A stretch of DNA of 32,000 bases, taken from Dickeya solani IPO 2222 (GTDB lineage Bacteria > Pseudomonadota > Gammaproteobacteria > Enterobacterales > Enterobacteriaceae). The stretch is from contig NZ_CP015137.1 in assembly GCF_001644705.1 (NCBI RefSeq), forward strand, positions 4,230,001 to 4,262,000, in the 5' to 3' direction. Within the stretch, counting starts at the first letter, position 1; the number at the start of each line of letters is the position of its first letter. The position numbers were made by a program, and so were the translations under genes. Of the stretch, positions 9,947 to 18,094 are shown in pieces. The notes under the pieces are model-generated. The model did no database searches. It was not told the origin of the DNA and worked only from the letters and a program-made list of their open reading frames with translations.

Positions 9947-10972
9947 ATGAGCGTATATATTAATGCGGTGGAAACCTATTTGCCTGGTCCAGTTATTAGT
10001 AATCAGGAATTGGGGAATAAAATCGGATTTAAACCTGAGTTAATTAAAAAGCTTTTCGGGAATACCGGCCGGCATTTTGCCGTTAATATGAATACCGGTA
10101 AACCTATCGCGTCGTCAGCAGAATTAATTACCATAGTAATCAAGAAACTTCTCTCCAGCGCCTGCATAAATAAAGAACGCATCGATTTTATTATCGTAGC
10201 GTCCGCCACGCCGGATACGCTCTTGCCAAGCAGTGTCAATCAGGCGTGTCATGCTATGGAGTTTCGGCAGATTGAAACCTACCAGATTGTTTCGGGGTGT
10301 TCTGGCGCGGTGCAGGCGATCAAGCTAGCTCGCGAGCTGGTGGCGGCACCGGATAATGGCCTGGACAACGGCCTGGTCATCGGGGTTGATACCGCCTATA
10401 AATTCCTGGATATCTTTGATGAACATGCCAGTAAGAAAGAAACGAAGGAACTGGTGAATTATACGCTGTTTGGCGACGGTGTCGGCGGATGCCTGATTTC
10501 CAATCAGCCCTCAGCATCCAGTATTGAGATTGAACATATTTCTTTTAAATATCTGGGCGTTGATGAAGCGGTTGGGCAATTGGCTAATTGGCGTGGCTCC
10601 CGTAATGATATTGATTATGGCGCTTTGCTGAATGAAGAATATAAATTGATTGAAAAACTGGTTCCGGTTATTACCCAGGATGCAATCAATGCATTGACGG
10701 ATAAATTAGGCGGGCGTCCGGACTGGCTGCTGCCGCCGCAACTTTCCGGTTCGATGCTGGAGAAAATTTTATCCGATATCGGTTATACGGTAGATGAAAT
10801 ATTCAGTATGGTGGATAAAATCGGTAATACTGCCAATGCCGCGCTGTTTTTTCAGATAAAAGAATTCAGCGATATCTCCCTTGCCAATGAAAGTGCCATT
10901 GGTATTTCTGTTGAGTCGTCGCGTTGGCTGGCGGGCGGTCTGATTCTAAGAAACAGGAAAGGCCTTTTATAA
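9947..10972 (+). CDS. KAS III (FabH)-like enzyme, putative tetronate-forming condensing enzyme/acyltransferase
   Basis: The ATG at 9947 has a GAGGGA RBS; the GTG at 9878 in the track is an extension. The 341-aa product has FabH-like blocks: IIVASATPD, active-site-like VSGCSGAVQAI, LFGDGVGG, DWLLPPQLS (FabH has DWLVPHQAN) and IGNTANAAL (FabH has HGNTSAAS). Confidence 0.85.
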   Translation: MSVYINAVETYLPGPVISNQELGNKIGFKPELIKKLFGNTGRHFAVNMNTGKPIASSAELITIVIKKLLSSACINKERIDFIIVASATPDTLLPSSVNQACHAMEFRQIETYQIVSGCSGAVQAIKLARELVAAPDNGLDNGLVIGVDTAYKFLDIFDEHASKKETKELVNYTLFGDGVGGCLISNQPSASSIEIEHISFKYLGVDEAVGQLANWRGSRNDIDYGALLNEEYKLIEKLVPVITQDAINALTDKLGGRPDWLLPPQLSGSMLEKILSDIGYTVDEIFSMVDKIGNTANAALFFQIKEFSDISLANESAIGISVESSRWLAGGLILRNRKGLL

Positions 10973-10996
10973 CATCATGTAAAAAGGACTTTTATC

Positions 10997-11279
10997 TATA
11001 CCCGTCATACTTCGAGTTGCAGGGCAACCGACAGACGTGTTGCGCAACGCAATGCGTTTGCTTTTCAGGGCAAGGCTCGTTATGAGCCTTGTAACGCGAC
11101 AATAGCGTGAATCCTTAGGTGGTTATATCAGTAAATGACTGGGGGAACGTCAACACGACCGCGGCCGTAAACCCTGTGGAATGAAATCTACTGTAGCCCA
11201 AAGAGAAAAGGCCCGTAGGTGCATCGATGGACCGAGTCGTGAAGCGGATACGCCTGCAACCTGAAATCTGATAGGGATA
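10997..11279. repeat. Enlarged ERIC/IRU (enterobacterial repetitive intergenic consensus) element
   Basis: The termini tatacccgtcatacttcgagttgcagg ... cctgcaacctgaaatctgatagggata and the core gtgaatccttaggtggttatatcagtaaatgactggggga match the remembered ERIC consensus, including the ERIC1R/ERIC2 primer regions. At about 283 bp versus the canonical ~127 bp, it implies internal insertions. Confidence 0.65.
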
Positions 11280-11297
11280 AAGAGAATAAGGACATTT

Positions 11298-13046
11298 ATG
11301 AAACAGGATAATGCATTAAGTCGGATCGCCGCCTCGAAAAAAATCACGGCGGAAGGAAAGTGCATCGTTAATATAGCCACGTTCAGTAATTTCAATCATA
11401 AAGCATTGAATGACCTGATTGCGTTCAACCTGAATGACCTGGGCTGTTATCCATCCTTTTATGACGGTATTTACAGCGACTATTTTCCCCACGTTTTGGG
11501 TAGTGCCGCCGACATCAAGACGTTCGGGGCGCAGTTTCATTTTTATGTCCTTGATTCCTCCTTTATCGAAAACGATATTGGTTCGCTGCTGCCGGCGGAT
11601 GATATCCGCGAAAATATCCAGGAGCACAAAAGTCGGCTGGCGTATCTGCTGAATTTTTCCGCTACCGGCTGTGATGCCCGCATTGTGCTGAACACCGTCC
11701 ATATCGCTGAATCACAGCTCAAACAGATTATCGCGCAGGATCAGCGGGCGGCGTTGAAGCAGCTGATCGGCGAGTTCAACGCGTATCTTGTGGCGTTGGG
11801 GCAGACGGAAGATCGCGTGACGGTGGTCGATCTGCAGGAGATCGGCGGGACAGTGGAGGATGCTGCCACCCGCCGAACGGCGCAGTTATTAGGGCTGGGC
11901 GTTGGCCTGGATGCGCTGGACGTCATTGCGCGCGTCGGCGTTGCCGCTATCCGGCAAGTTCTGGGGAAAACGCTGAAATGCGTGGTCAGCGATCTGGATA
12001 ACACGTTGTGGAAGGGCATTTTGGCGGACGACGGCGTCGACGGCATCCTGATGGCGGATAAACATATCGGCACGGGGCACCTGCGCTATCAGGAGTATCT
12101 GCGCAATCTGTACGATCAGGGCATCATTCTGGCCATTTGTAGCAAAAACAATCTGGAGAATGTGGAGGAGGCGTTTAAACGCCGCGCCGACGAGATGCGC
12201 ATTTCACTGGACAAGTTTTCCGTGGTCAGCGCCAACTGGCAGGGGAAAAGCGGCAACATCCTGAACATCGCCAACGAATTGAACATCTCCCCGGAACACA
12301 TGCTTTTTATTGACGACTCGGCGTTCGAATGCGCGGAAGTCAAGGCCCGCATTCCGGCAATCACCGTGCTGGAATTTTCCGGCGACGTGGCGGAGAACCT
12401 CGCCACGCTGATCGCCGCCGACTATTTCCTGCGTCCGACCCTCAGCAGCGATGACCGCATGCGCAACCTGAGCTATGCGCAGAATAAACTCCGCACGGAG
12501 CTGCAAAAAGATTTTGCGGATGACCACGCCTTTCTGGCCAGTCTGGGTATGACGCTGACTATCCTGCCGGTGGATTCGTCCACGCTGGATCGCGTATCGC
12601 AACTGACGCTGCGCACCAACCAGTTCAATATGACGACGCAACGGATGACCACGCAGGACGTGGCCGGCTACCTCGCGCGGGAAGGGCATCTGGCGGTTAC
12701 GCTGGCGTGCCGCGACCGAATCGGCGACTACGGCGCCATTGGTGCGATATTCCTGCGTTTCGACGGCGATGGCTGTCACATCGATAATTTCATCATGAGC
12801 TGCCGTATCTTCGGGCGTCAGGTCGAGTTCGCGGCGATGCGCTGGCTGTTCGGCTTGTGCCGGACACGGGGTGTCGACCGGATTACCGCCGCGTACGGCC
12901 CGACCGAAAAAAATAGAAAATTCCAGCGTTTTTATCCGGATTGCGGGTTCACCGAAACCGCAAGCAATGTGTTCACCGTTATCGACCCGGCGCCCGCGTC
13001 GCTGGCCGAAAACAGTCATACCGTCACTGTCAAAGAAGGGGAATGA
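11298..13046 (+). CDS. FkbH-like HAD-IIIC protein, putative glyceryl-S-ACP synthase
   Basis: The 582-aa product has HAD motif I VVSDLDNTLWKG, motif II AICSKNN, WQGKSGNI and motif IV MLFIDDSAFE. The C-terminal segment is FkbH-typical (NFIMSCRIFGRQVE). The N-terminal flavodoxin-like region (IVNIATFSNF) is typical of the family. An AAGGA RBS is present. Confidence 0.85.
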   Translation: MKQDNALSRIAASKKITAEGKCIVNIATFSNFNHKALNDLIAFNLNDLGCYPSFYDGIYSDYFPHVLGSAADIKTFGAQFHFYVLDSSFIENDIGSLLPADDIRENIQEHKSRLAYLLNFSATGCDARIVLNTVHIAESQLKQIIAQDQRAALKQLIGEFNAYLVALGQTEDRVTVVDLQEIGGTVEDAATRRTAQLLGLGVGLDALDVIARVGVAAIRQVLGKTLKCVVSDLDNTLWKGILADDGVDGILMADKHIGTGHLRYQEYLRNLYDQGIILAICSKNNLENVEEAFKRRADEMRISLDKFSVVSANWQGKSGNILNIANELNISPEHMLFIDDSAFECAEVKARIPAITVLEFSGDVAENLATLIAADYFLRPTLSSDDRMRNLSYAQNKLRTELQKDFADDHAFLASLGMTLTILPVDSSTLDRVSQLTLRTNQFNMTTQRMTTQDVAGYLAREGHLAVTLACRDRIGDYGAIGAIFLRFDGDGCHIDNFIMSCRIFGRQVEFAAMRWLFGLCRTRGVDRITAAYGPTEKNRKFQRFYPDCGFTETASNVFTVIDPAPASLAENSHTVTVKEGE

Positions 13047-13288
13047 CCATGAAACTGGACGATTTTATCGGCTTGATCAATACCAAAACCGGCATGGCGC
13101 TGGCGACCGAACAGGCGCAGGAGGATTTGACCAACCTTCCGGAGTGGGACTCGTTGACCTTCGTCTATCTGTTGATGGAAATCGAAAAACAGCAGAACAT
13201 CAAAATCGATGTCGAGCAGGTATTGCAGTGCACCACGCTGAATGACATTTACAGGGTCGTGAGCCATGAAGTTACTGAAAGTTTCTAG
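13043..13288 (+). CDS. Acyl carrier protein
   Basis: The product is 79-81 aa, starting at ATG 13043 (which overlaps the upstream TGA) or at ATG 13049 (better spaced from GAAGGGGA). The phosphopantetheine-site motif is LPEWDSLTFVYLLMEIE. The ORF-track frame 12941..13288 is the same frame with a spurious N-terminal extension. Confidence 0.8.
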   Translation: MTMKLDDFIGLINTKTGMALATEQAQEDLTNLPEWDSLTFVYLLMEIEKQQNIKIDVEQVLQCTTLNDIYRVVSHEVTESF

Positions 13289-14012
13289 GGAAAGGCGCCA
13301 GACGCTCTCTTTTCTAGCGATATCCAGGGGCATTCCGGCCATTACCGTCATGCGAGAGATCGATGTCTCGCGCATTGTGGCGGGCGGGCTGCAGCGCAGC
13401 ATGACGGCGATTACCATCAAGGCGATCAGCGAGGCGCTGCGTCAGTTCCCGCAACTGAACGCGATGATCAAATTCGGCAGCGCCAGCACGCTGATTTGCC
13501 CGGATAACATCAGTACCCGGGTGACGCTGGAAAAGGCGCTGAACGGCGTGTCCGGGGTGTATTCACGGGTGATCAGAAATACGGATCGGCTGTCTGTCGC
13601 CGATATCGAACGGGCGCTGCAGCAGTTCAAGCAGGAGGATGTGGCTACCAGCGAACATTACAAGAAAATTCGCTTTATTCAGCGTTTGCCGCCGTTACTG
13701 GCCGCCCTGCTGCTGCGGCTGGCGATGCTATCGCCGACGCTGCAGGCGGAAACCTGGGGTAGCTTCACCGTGACATCGCTGGGGAAAAACAGCCCCGACG
13801 CCTGTATTCCCCTATCCGGTTCCACGTTCACGTTTACGCTGGGGATGATTAACGAAAAGTTGTCGCGAAACTTGAATGACGTGGCGATGTCGCAGGTGGC
13901 GAATCTGTCGATGATTTTCGACCACCGTGTGCTGGACGGCCGGCTGGCGTCAGAATTTCTGGCGCAGATAAAAAGCAACATGGAAGGCTTTGCACTGGAG
14001 TCATCATCATGA
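13266..14012 (+). CDS. Stand-alone 2-oxoacid dehydrogenase E2-type acyltransferase (catalytic domain only)
   Basis: The 248-aa product has the catalytic signature MIFDHRVLDGRLASEFL (DHRxxDG) and an N-terminal ...IPAITVMREIDVS block typical of PF00198-type domains. It has no lipoyl or E3-binding domain. Its start overlaps the ACP gene by 23 nt. Confidence 0.8.
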   Translation: MKLLKVSRERRQTLSFLAISRGIPAITVMREIDVSRIVAGGLQRSMTAITIKAISEALRQFPQLNAMIKFGSASTLICPDNISTRVTLEKALNGVSGVYSRVIRNTDRLSVADIERALQQFKQEDVATSEHYKKIRFIQRLPPLLAALLLRLAMLSPTLQAETWGSFTVTSLGKNSPDACIPLSGSTFTFTLGMINEKLSRNLNDVAMSQVANLSMIFDHRVLDGRLASEFLAQIKSNMEGFALESSS

Positions 14013-15082
14013 TGCTTGATGAACTCAAGAATTTTGTGCTGCTGCACAGCAATGTGCTGAATGTCGGCGCGGAAACCCGCGCCATCCTGCCGGATATTCA
14101 TCATCTGGGCGACGATTTGCCGCATAGCTGGAGCCAGGTGTTTTACCGTCAGGCGCAGTACCATGAAAATCAAGGCGAATTGCTCAAGGCGTGTTCGCTT
14201 TACAATCTGGCGCGTTTTCCCTATCCGGAAACGCCGCTCCAGCATGAGTGCAACCGGCATTGTCAGCGCTTGTTCCGCCAGCAGTATATCGAGAGCGGCA
14301 CGGTGACGAGGGTCAGTCTGTCGCAGGGGCGCCAAGTGTGTTACGTCAGAAAAAAGAACACCGGCAACGTCGTCATTATTAATGGGGGCATCATCTCGCT
14401 GAAAGAGCAGTGGGTGAATCTGGTGGGGCTGTTCGAACGTTTCGACGTTACCGTGGTGTTGACGGAAATGCCGGGGGTGGGGGAAAACCAACTGCCCTAC
14501 AACGAACAATCCTACCGCATGTACAGCGATGTGCTGGATTATCTCGCACAGGATCGCTCCGACATTCGGTGCCATATTTTCGGCCTGAGCTTCAGTGGGT
14601 TTATCGCGTACAAGAACAGCCTGAACGATAGCCGCATCGTGGGCATCACCATGGCGGGCACGCCGCTGGATTCGCTGTACCACGATCGGGATGTCTATCG
14701 GCGGCTGCCTTACGTTACACGGCTGGTTATCGGGCATAATGTGGGGAAAACGCATCCGGAACTGGATGACGACGACAAGGTATTTCGTTACCTCGATGCC
14801 ACGTTCGTGATGCGCCAGGAGGATACCAACCATAGCGTCAGGCTGTATTACGTTCAGAGCCTGCGCGACGAGGTGATCCCTAACGTCGAAGCGGACGCGA
14901 TCCGCCGTTTGTCCCGGCAGCACCATATTCTGTCGCTGGATGACGTGCATGGGTCGCCCGGGTACGGCAAAACCGTGCGGGTTTATTTGCTGTGGTCGTT
15001 GTTGGATTCGTTGCGCCTGCCGCGGGTCCTGCTCGGCGTCGCCAGGCTGGGGTTTCGCGTCTTGCGGCGTCTGAAGCGATAG
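14009..15082 (+). CDS. Alpha/beta-hydrolase fold protein (FrsA/DUF1100-like)
   Basis: The 357-aa product has the nucleophile elbow GLSFSG (GxSxG) after a beta-strand (IRCHIFGLSFSG), with later D and H candidates (LRDEVIP, DDVHGSPG). It has an ATGA start/stop overlap with the upstream gene. Confidence 0.75.
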   Translation: MMLDELKNFVLLHSNVLNVGAETRAILPDIHHLGDDLPHSWSQVFYRQAQYHENQGELLKACSLYNLARFPYPETPLQHECNRHCQRLFRQQYIESGTVTRVSLSQGRQVCYVRKKNTGNVVIINGGIISLKEQWVNLVGLFERFDVTVVLTEMPGVGENQLPYNEQSYRMYSDVLDYLAQDRSDIRCHIFGLSFSGFIAYKNSLNDSRIVGITMAGTPLDSLYHDRDVYRRLPYVTRLVIGHNVGKTHPELDDDDKVFRYLDATFVMRQEDTNHSVRLYYVQSLRDEVIPNVEADAIRRLSRQHHILSLDDVHGSPGYGKTVRVYLLWSLLDSLRLPRVLLGVARLGFRVLRRLKR

Positions 15083-15178
15083 CGGCGTTTCGCTATGAGT
15101 CGGGTGCCGGCGCGGTGGCAATCGACGCACCGCGCACAGCCCTTTAGTCTGTATACCGTTTAGGCCTTTTGTCAGTTT

Positions 15179-15207
15179 GGGGCGGCAATACCGGCCCCAT
15201 TTTTTTA
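15179..15207 (+). terminator. Probable rho-independent terminator closing the cassette
   Basis: GC-rich hairpin ggggcgg-caatac-cggcccc (imperfect) followed by attttttta, about 100 nt after the hydrolase stop. Confidence 0.5.
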
Positions 15208-15257
15208 TGTGCCGCGTCGTCTCGTCGGTCGGCGTGAGGGAGACGTTTCGGCAGGCG

Positions 15258-16253
15258 TCAGCGTTTCTGGAAGTAGGTCATCGCCAGCGCCAGCGCCAGC
15301 ACCAGCCCTTTGATGATATCCATAGCGTAATAAGGCACGGACAGCATCACCAGCCCGTTTTGCAACACGCCGAGGATCACCGCACCGACCAACGTTCCCA
15401 GCGCATTGGGTTTGCCGGAGCCGGCCAGCGAAAAACCAATATAGGCGGCGGCCACCGCGTCCATCAGATAACCACTGCCGGCGTTGACCTGCGAAGAGCC
15501 GATACGCGACGCCAGCAGGATGCCGCCCAGTGCCGCCAGTAGCGACGAAAGCAGGTAAGCCAGCACGCGGTAACGGGCGGTGCGGATGCCGGCCAGCCGC
15601 GCTGCTTCTGGATTACCGCCAATCGCGTACATGCGTCGGCCGTGCTTGGTCAGCGACATATAAAGCTGCACCAGCACCGTCACCACCAGCATGATCACCA
15701 CAATCACCGGCACCTGTCCCAACGTGGCGAACACCTCGGGAATAACGCCTTCCGCCATATCGCCGCTCGGCAGCAGCATATTCTGGGTGATGGAGCCGCC
15801 GTAGCTGTAGGTCATGGCCACACCCTGAATCACGAACAGGCTGGCCAGCGTCGCCAGCATGTCGGGAATCCGCAGCACCACGATCAGAAACGCATTGAAC
15901 AGCCCCACCAGCAGACACAGCGTCAGCGTCAGCGCGATGGCGGCAGTGGCGCCCAAACCGTGCCAGACGAACAGCGAAATCACCAGCGCGTTCGCCAGCG
16001 AGGCGGTCGACCCCACCGACAGGTCGAAGCCGCCTACCGATAGCGAAATGGAAACGGCTATCGCGATCACCGTGACGATGGCGATGGAACGCAGGATATT
16101 GATGATGTTGTTCGGATCGAGGAAATTGTCCGATGCCAGCCCGAACAGGACGATCAGCGCGACGACGGTAATCAGCATCCCCCATTTGTAGAACAGGTCA
16201 AACAGGCGGTGATGAAAGGGCAGCGCCCCGTTGGATGCAAGTGGCTGACTCAC
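15258..16253 (-). CDS. Sugar-type (CUT2, RbsC-like) ABC transporter permease
   Basis: The preferred start is GTG 16253, which overlaps the ATPase stop (GTGA) and has GGAGGA 7 nt upstream. The 331-aa product has about 9-10 TM segments and the typical block NILRSIAIVTVIAIAVSISLSVGGFDLSVGS. The Arg-rich N-terminal extension in the track ORF is spurious. Confidence 0.85.
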   Translation of the reverse strand: MSQPLASNGALPFHHRLFDLFYKWGMLITVVALIVLFGLASDNFLDPNNIINILRSIAIVTVIAIAVSISLSVGGFDLSVGSTASLANALVISLFVWHGLGATAAIALTLTLCLLVGLFNAFLIVVLRIPDMLATLASLFVIQGVAMTYSYGGSITQNMLLPSGDMAEGVIPEVFATLGQVPVIVVIMLVVTVLVQLYMSLTKHGRRMYAIGGNPEAARLAGIRTARYRVLAYLLSSLLAALGGILLASRIGSSQVNAGSGYLMDAVAAAYIGFSLAGSGKPNALGTLVGAVILGVLQNGLVMLSVPYYAMDIIKGLVLALALAMTYFQKR

Positions 16254-17761
16254 GCGGGAGTTCCTCCGGTTGAATAAAATAACAACGTCTCTTCGTCGGC
16301 GTCGGCGCCGTCCAGTTCGGCGACGATACGCCCGTCCCACAGCACGCAGATTCGGTCGCACAGGCCCACCAGTTCGGAGAATTCGCCGGAGGCGTAAATT
16401 ACGCCTTTACCCTGCTGCGCCAGTGAATCGATCAGGGTAAACAGATCCTGTTTGGCTTTGATATCCACGCCTTTGGTGGGCTCATCCAGAATCAGTACCT
16501 GTACGTCGCTGCGCAGCCATTTGCCAATCGCCACCTTTTGCTGGTTACCGCCGGACAGACGGCGTAAACGCTGTTGCGGCCCGCTGGTACGGATGGTCAG
16601 CCGCTGGATCAGGGAGCGGGCCCAGGCCAGCGCCTGACCGTGCCCGAAAACGCCGTAGCGGGAAAAGCTGTCGCTGGCGCTGATGCTGAGGTTCATGGTG
16701 ACGGATTCGTCAATAAAAATGCCCTCTTTGCGCCGCTCTTCCGGCACCAGTGCAATACCCTGTCGTACCGCATCGGCCGGCGAGGTGGGACGCCAGGGCT
16801 GACCCTGATAGCGCCCGGACTCGATGCGGCTGCGGGCGGCGCCGAACAGCGCCTTGCACAGCTCGGTCTTGCCGGCGCCGGCGAGACCGGCGATGCCAAG
16901 AATCTCGCCCTGACGTAGCCGGAGCGAAATGTTGTGCAGCAGGGTGTCGTCATGCAGGCCATCTACCTGCAACAGGGTGTCATTGTCGCGGCGTGGGCGG
17001 CGCGGCGGGAAAATATCATCCAGCCGGTGGCCCAGCATCCGCTCGACAATTTCCCCGCCGCTCAGCCCTTGCATCGGGCCGCTGCTGACAAATTGCCCGT
17101 CGCGCAGCACGGTCAGCGTGTCGCAGATGGCTTTCAGCTCGTGGATACGGTGCGAAATGAAGACGACGCCGATACCGTCCTGCTGCAGACGGCGCACGAC
17201 GGCGAACAGCCGGGCGCTTTCTTCCTGATCGAGCGGGGCGGTGGGTTCGTCGAGAATCAGAAATCGGCAGCGATGGGAGAGCGCGCGCGCCAGCAGGATT
17301 TGCTGTTTTTCCGCCAGCGAGCACCGTTCCAGCCGCTGGCGAACATTGATGCTGACCCCCAGTTGCGCCAGCAGCGCCTGCGCCCGCTGATAGAGCGCCG
17401 GCCAGTTGAGTACGTGGCCGCTTTCCGCCAGTTGATCCAGCATGATGTTTTCCGCCACCGACAGCGTAGGCACCAGCGCGGCGTCCACTTCCTGTTGCAC
17501 CAGATGAATACCGTGGCGTTTGGCGTCTCGGGGAGAATGAATCGCAACTTTTTCGCCATCCAGCAGGATATCTCCGCTGTAATGGTCATAAGATCCGGAA
17601 AGAATCGCCATCAGCGTGGATTTTCCCGCGCCGTTGGCGCCGGTCAACGCGTGGATGGTTCCGCCTTCCAGCGTGAAATTCACCTGTCTGAGCGCTGGGA
17701 ATCCGGCAAAAGAGATGGAAATGTAGCGCATTTCCAGACGCGAACGCGGGTTTATGGACAT
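16250..17761 (-). CDS. Sugar-type ABC transporter ATP-binding protein (duplicated ATPase, RbsA/MglA-like)
   Basis: There are two NBDs: Walker A GANGAGKST and GLAGAGKTE, signature LSGGNQQKV, and Walker B LILDEPT (twice). The first ATG is at 17761; the track start at 17773 is a TTG. Confidence 0.88.
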   Translation of the reverse strand: MSINPRSRLEMRYISISFAGFPALRQVNFTLEGGTIHALTGANGAGKSTLMAILSGSYDHYSGDILLDGEKVAIHSPRDAKRHGIHLVQQEVDAALVPTLSVAENIMLDQLAESGHVLNWPALYQRAQALLAQLGVSINVRQRLERCSLAEKQQILLARALSHRCRFLILDEPTAPLDQEESARLFAVVRRLQQDGIGVVFISHRIHELKAICDTLTVLRDGQFVSSGPMQGLSGGEIVERMLGHRLDDIFPPRRPRRDNDTLLQVDGLHDDTLLHNISLRLRQGEILGIAGLAGAGKTELCKALFGAARSRIESGRYQGQPWRPTSPADAVRQGIALVPEERRKEGIFIDESVTMNLSISASDSFSRYGVFGHGQALAWARSLIQRLTIRTSGPQQRLRRLSGGNQQKVAIGKWLRSDVQVLILDEPTKGVDIKAKQDLFTLIDSLAQQGKGVIYASGEFSELVGLCDRICVLWDGRIVAELDGADADEETLLFYSTGGTPA

Positions 17762-17978
17762 AATTGACAACAACTGGTTCTTAACAGCGATAATGACGGG
17801 AGCCCGACGTTGAAAAATATCATATTAACCGCAGAATGGAATGCCTGAATGGGTTTCTGGGTGGCTCGGGAAAGAAATGAAAAAGCATAACTTAAGCAAA
17901 AACGTTATTAAGATCGGCGCCGGTTATCCTTAACTATGGTTTTTCCGCGCAGAGCTCCAGATTAAACAGAACATTATC

Positions 17979-18062
17979 TATACCCAACATCATTCGAGCT
18001 GCAGGACAACCGGCTTGCGTGTTGAACAACGCATCGGCAACTCGACGGATGACGGGGAGATA
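17979..18062. repeat. Short ERIC-like element (internally deleted copy)
   Basis: The left end tatacccaacatcattcgagctgcaggacaacc...gcgtgttgaacaacgca closely parallels the left part of the 10997 element. The right end caactcgacggatgacggggagata resembles the ERIC right terminus. The core is missing. Confidence 0.45.
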
Positions 18063-18094
18063 CAAAAATCGATTCAGACAGGAATGCATCCGTA

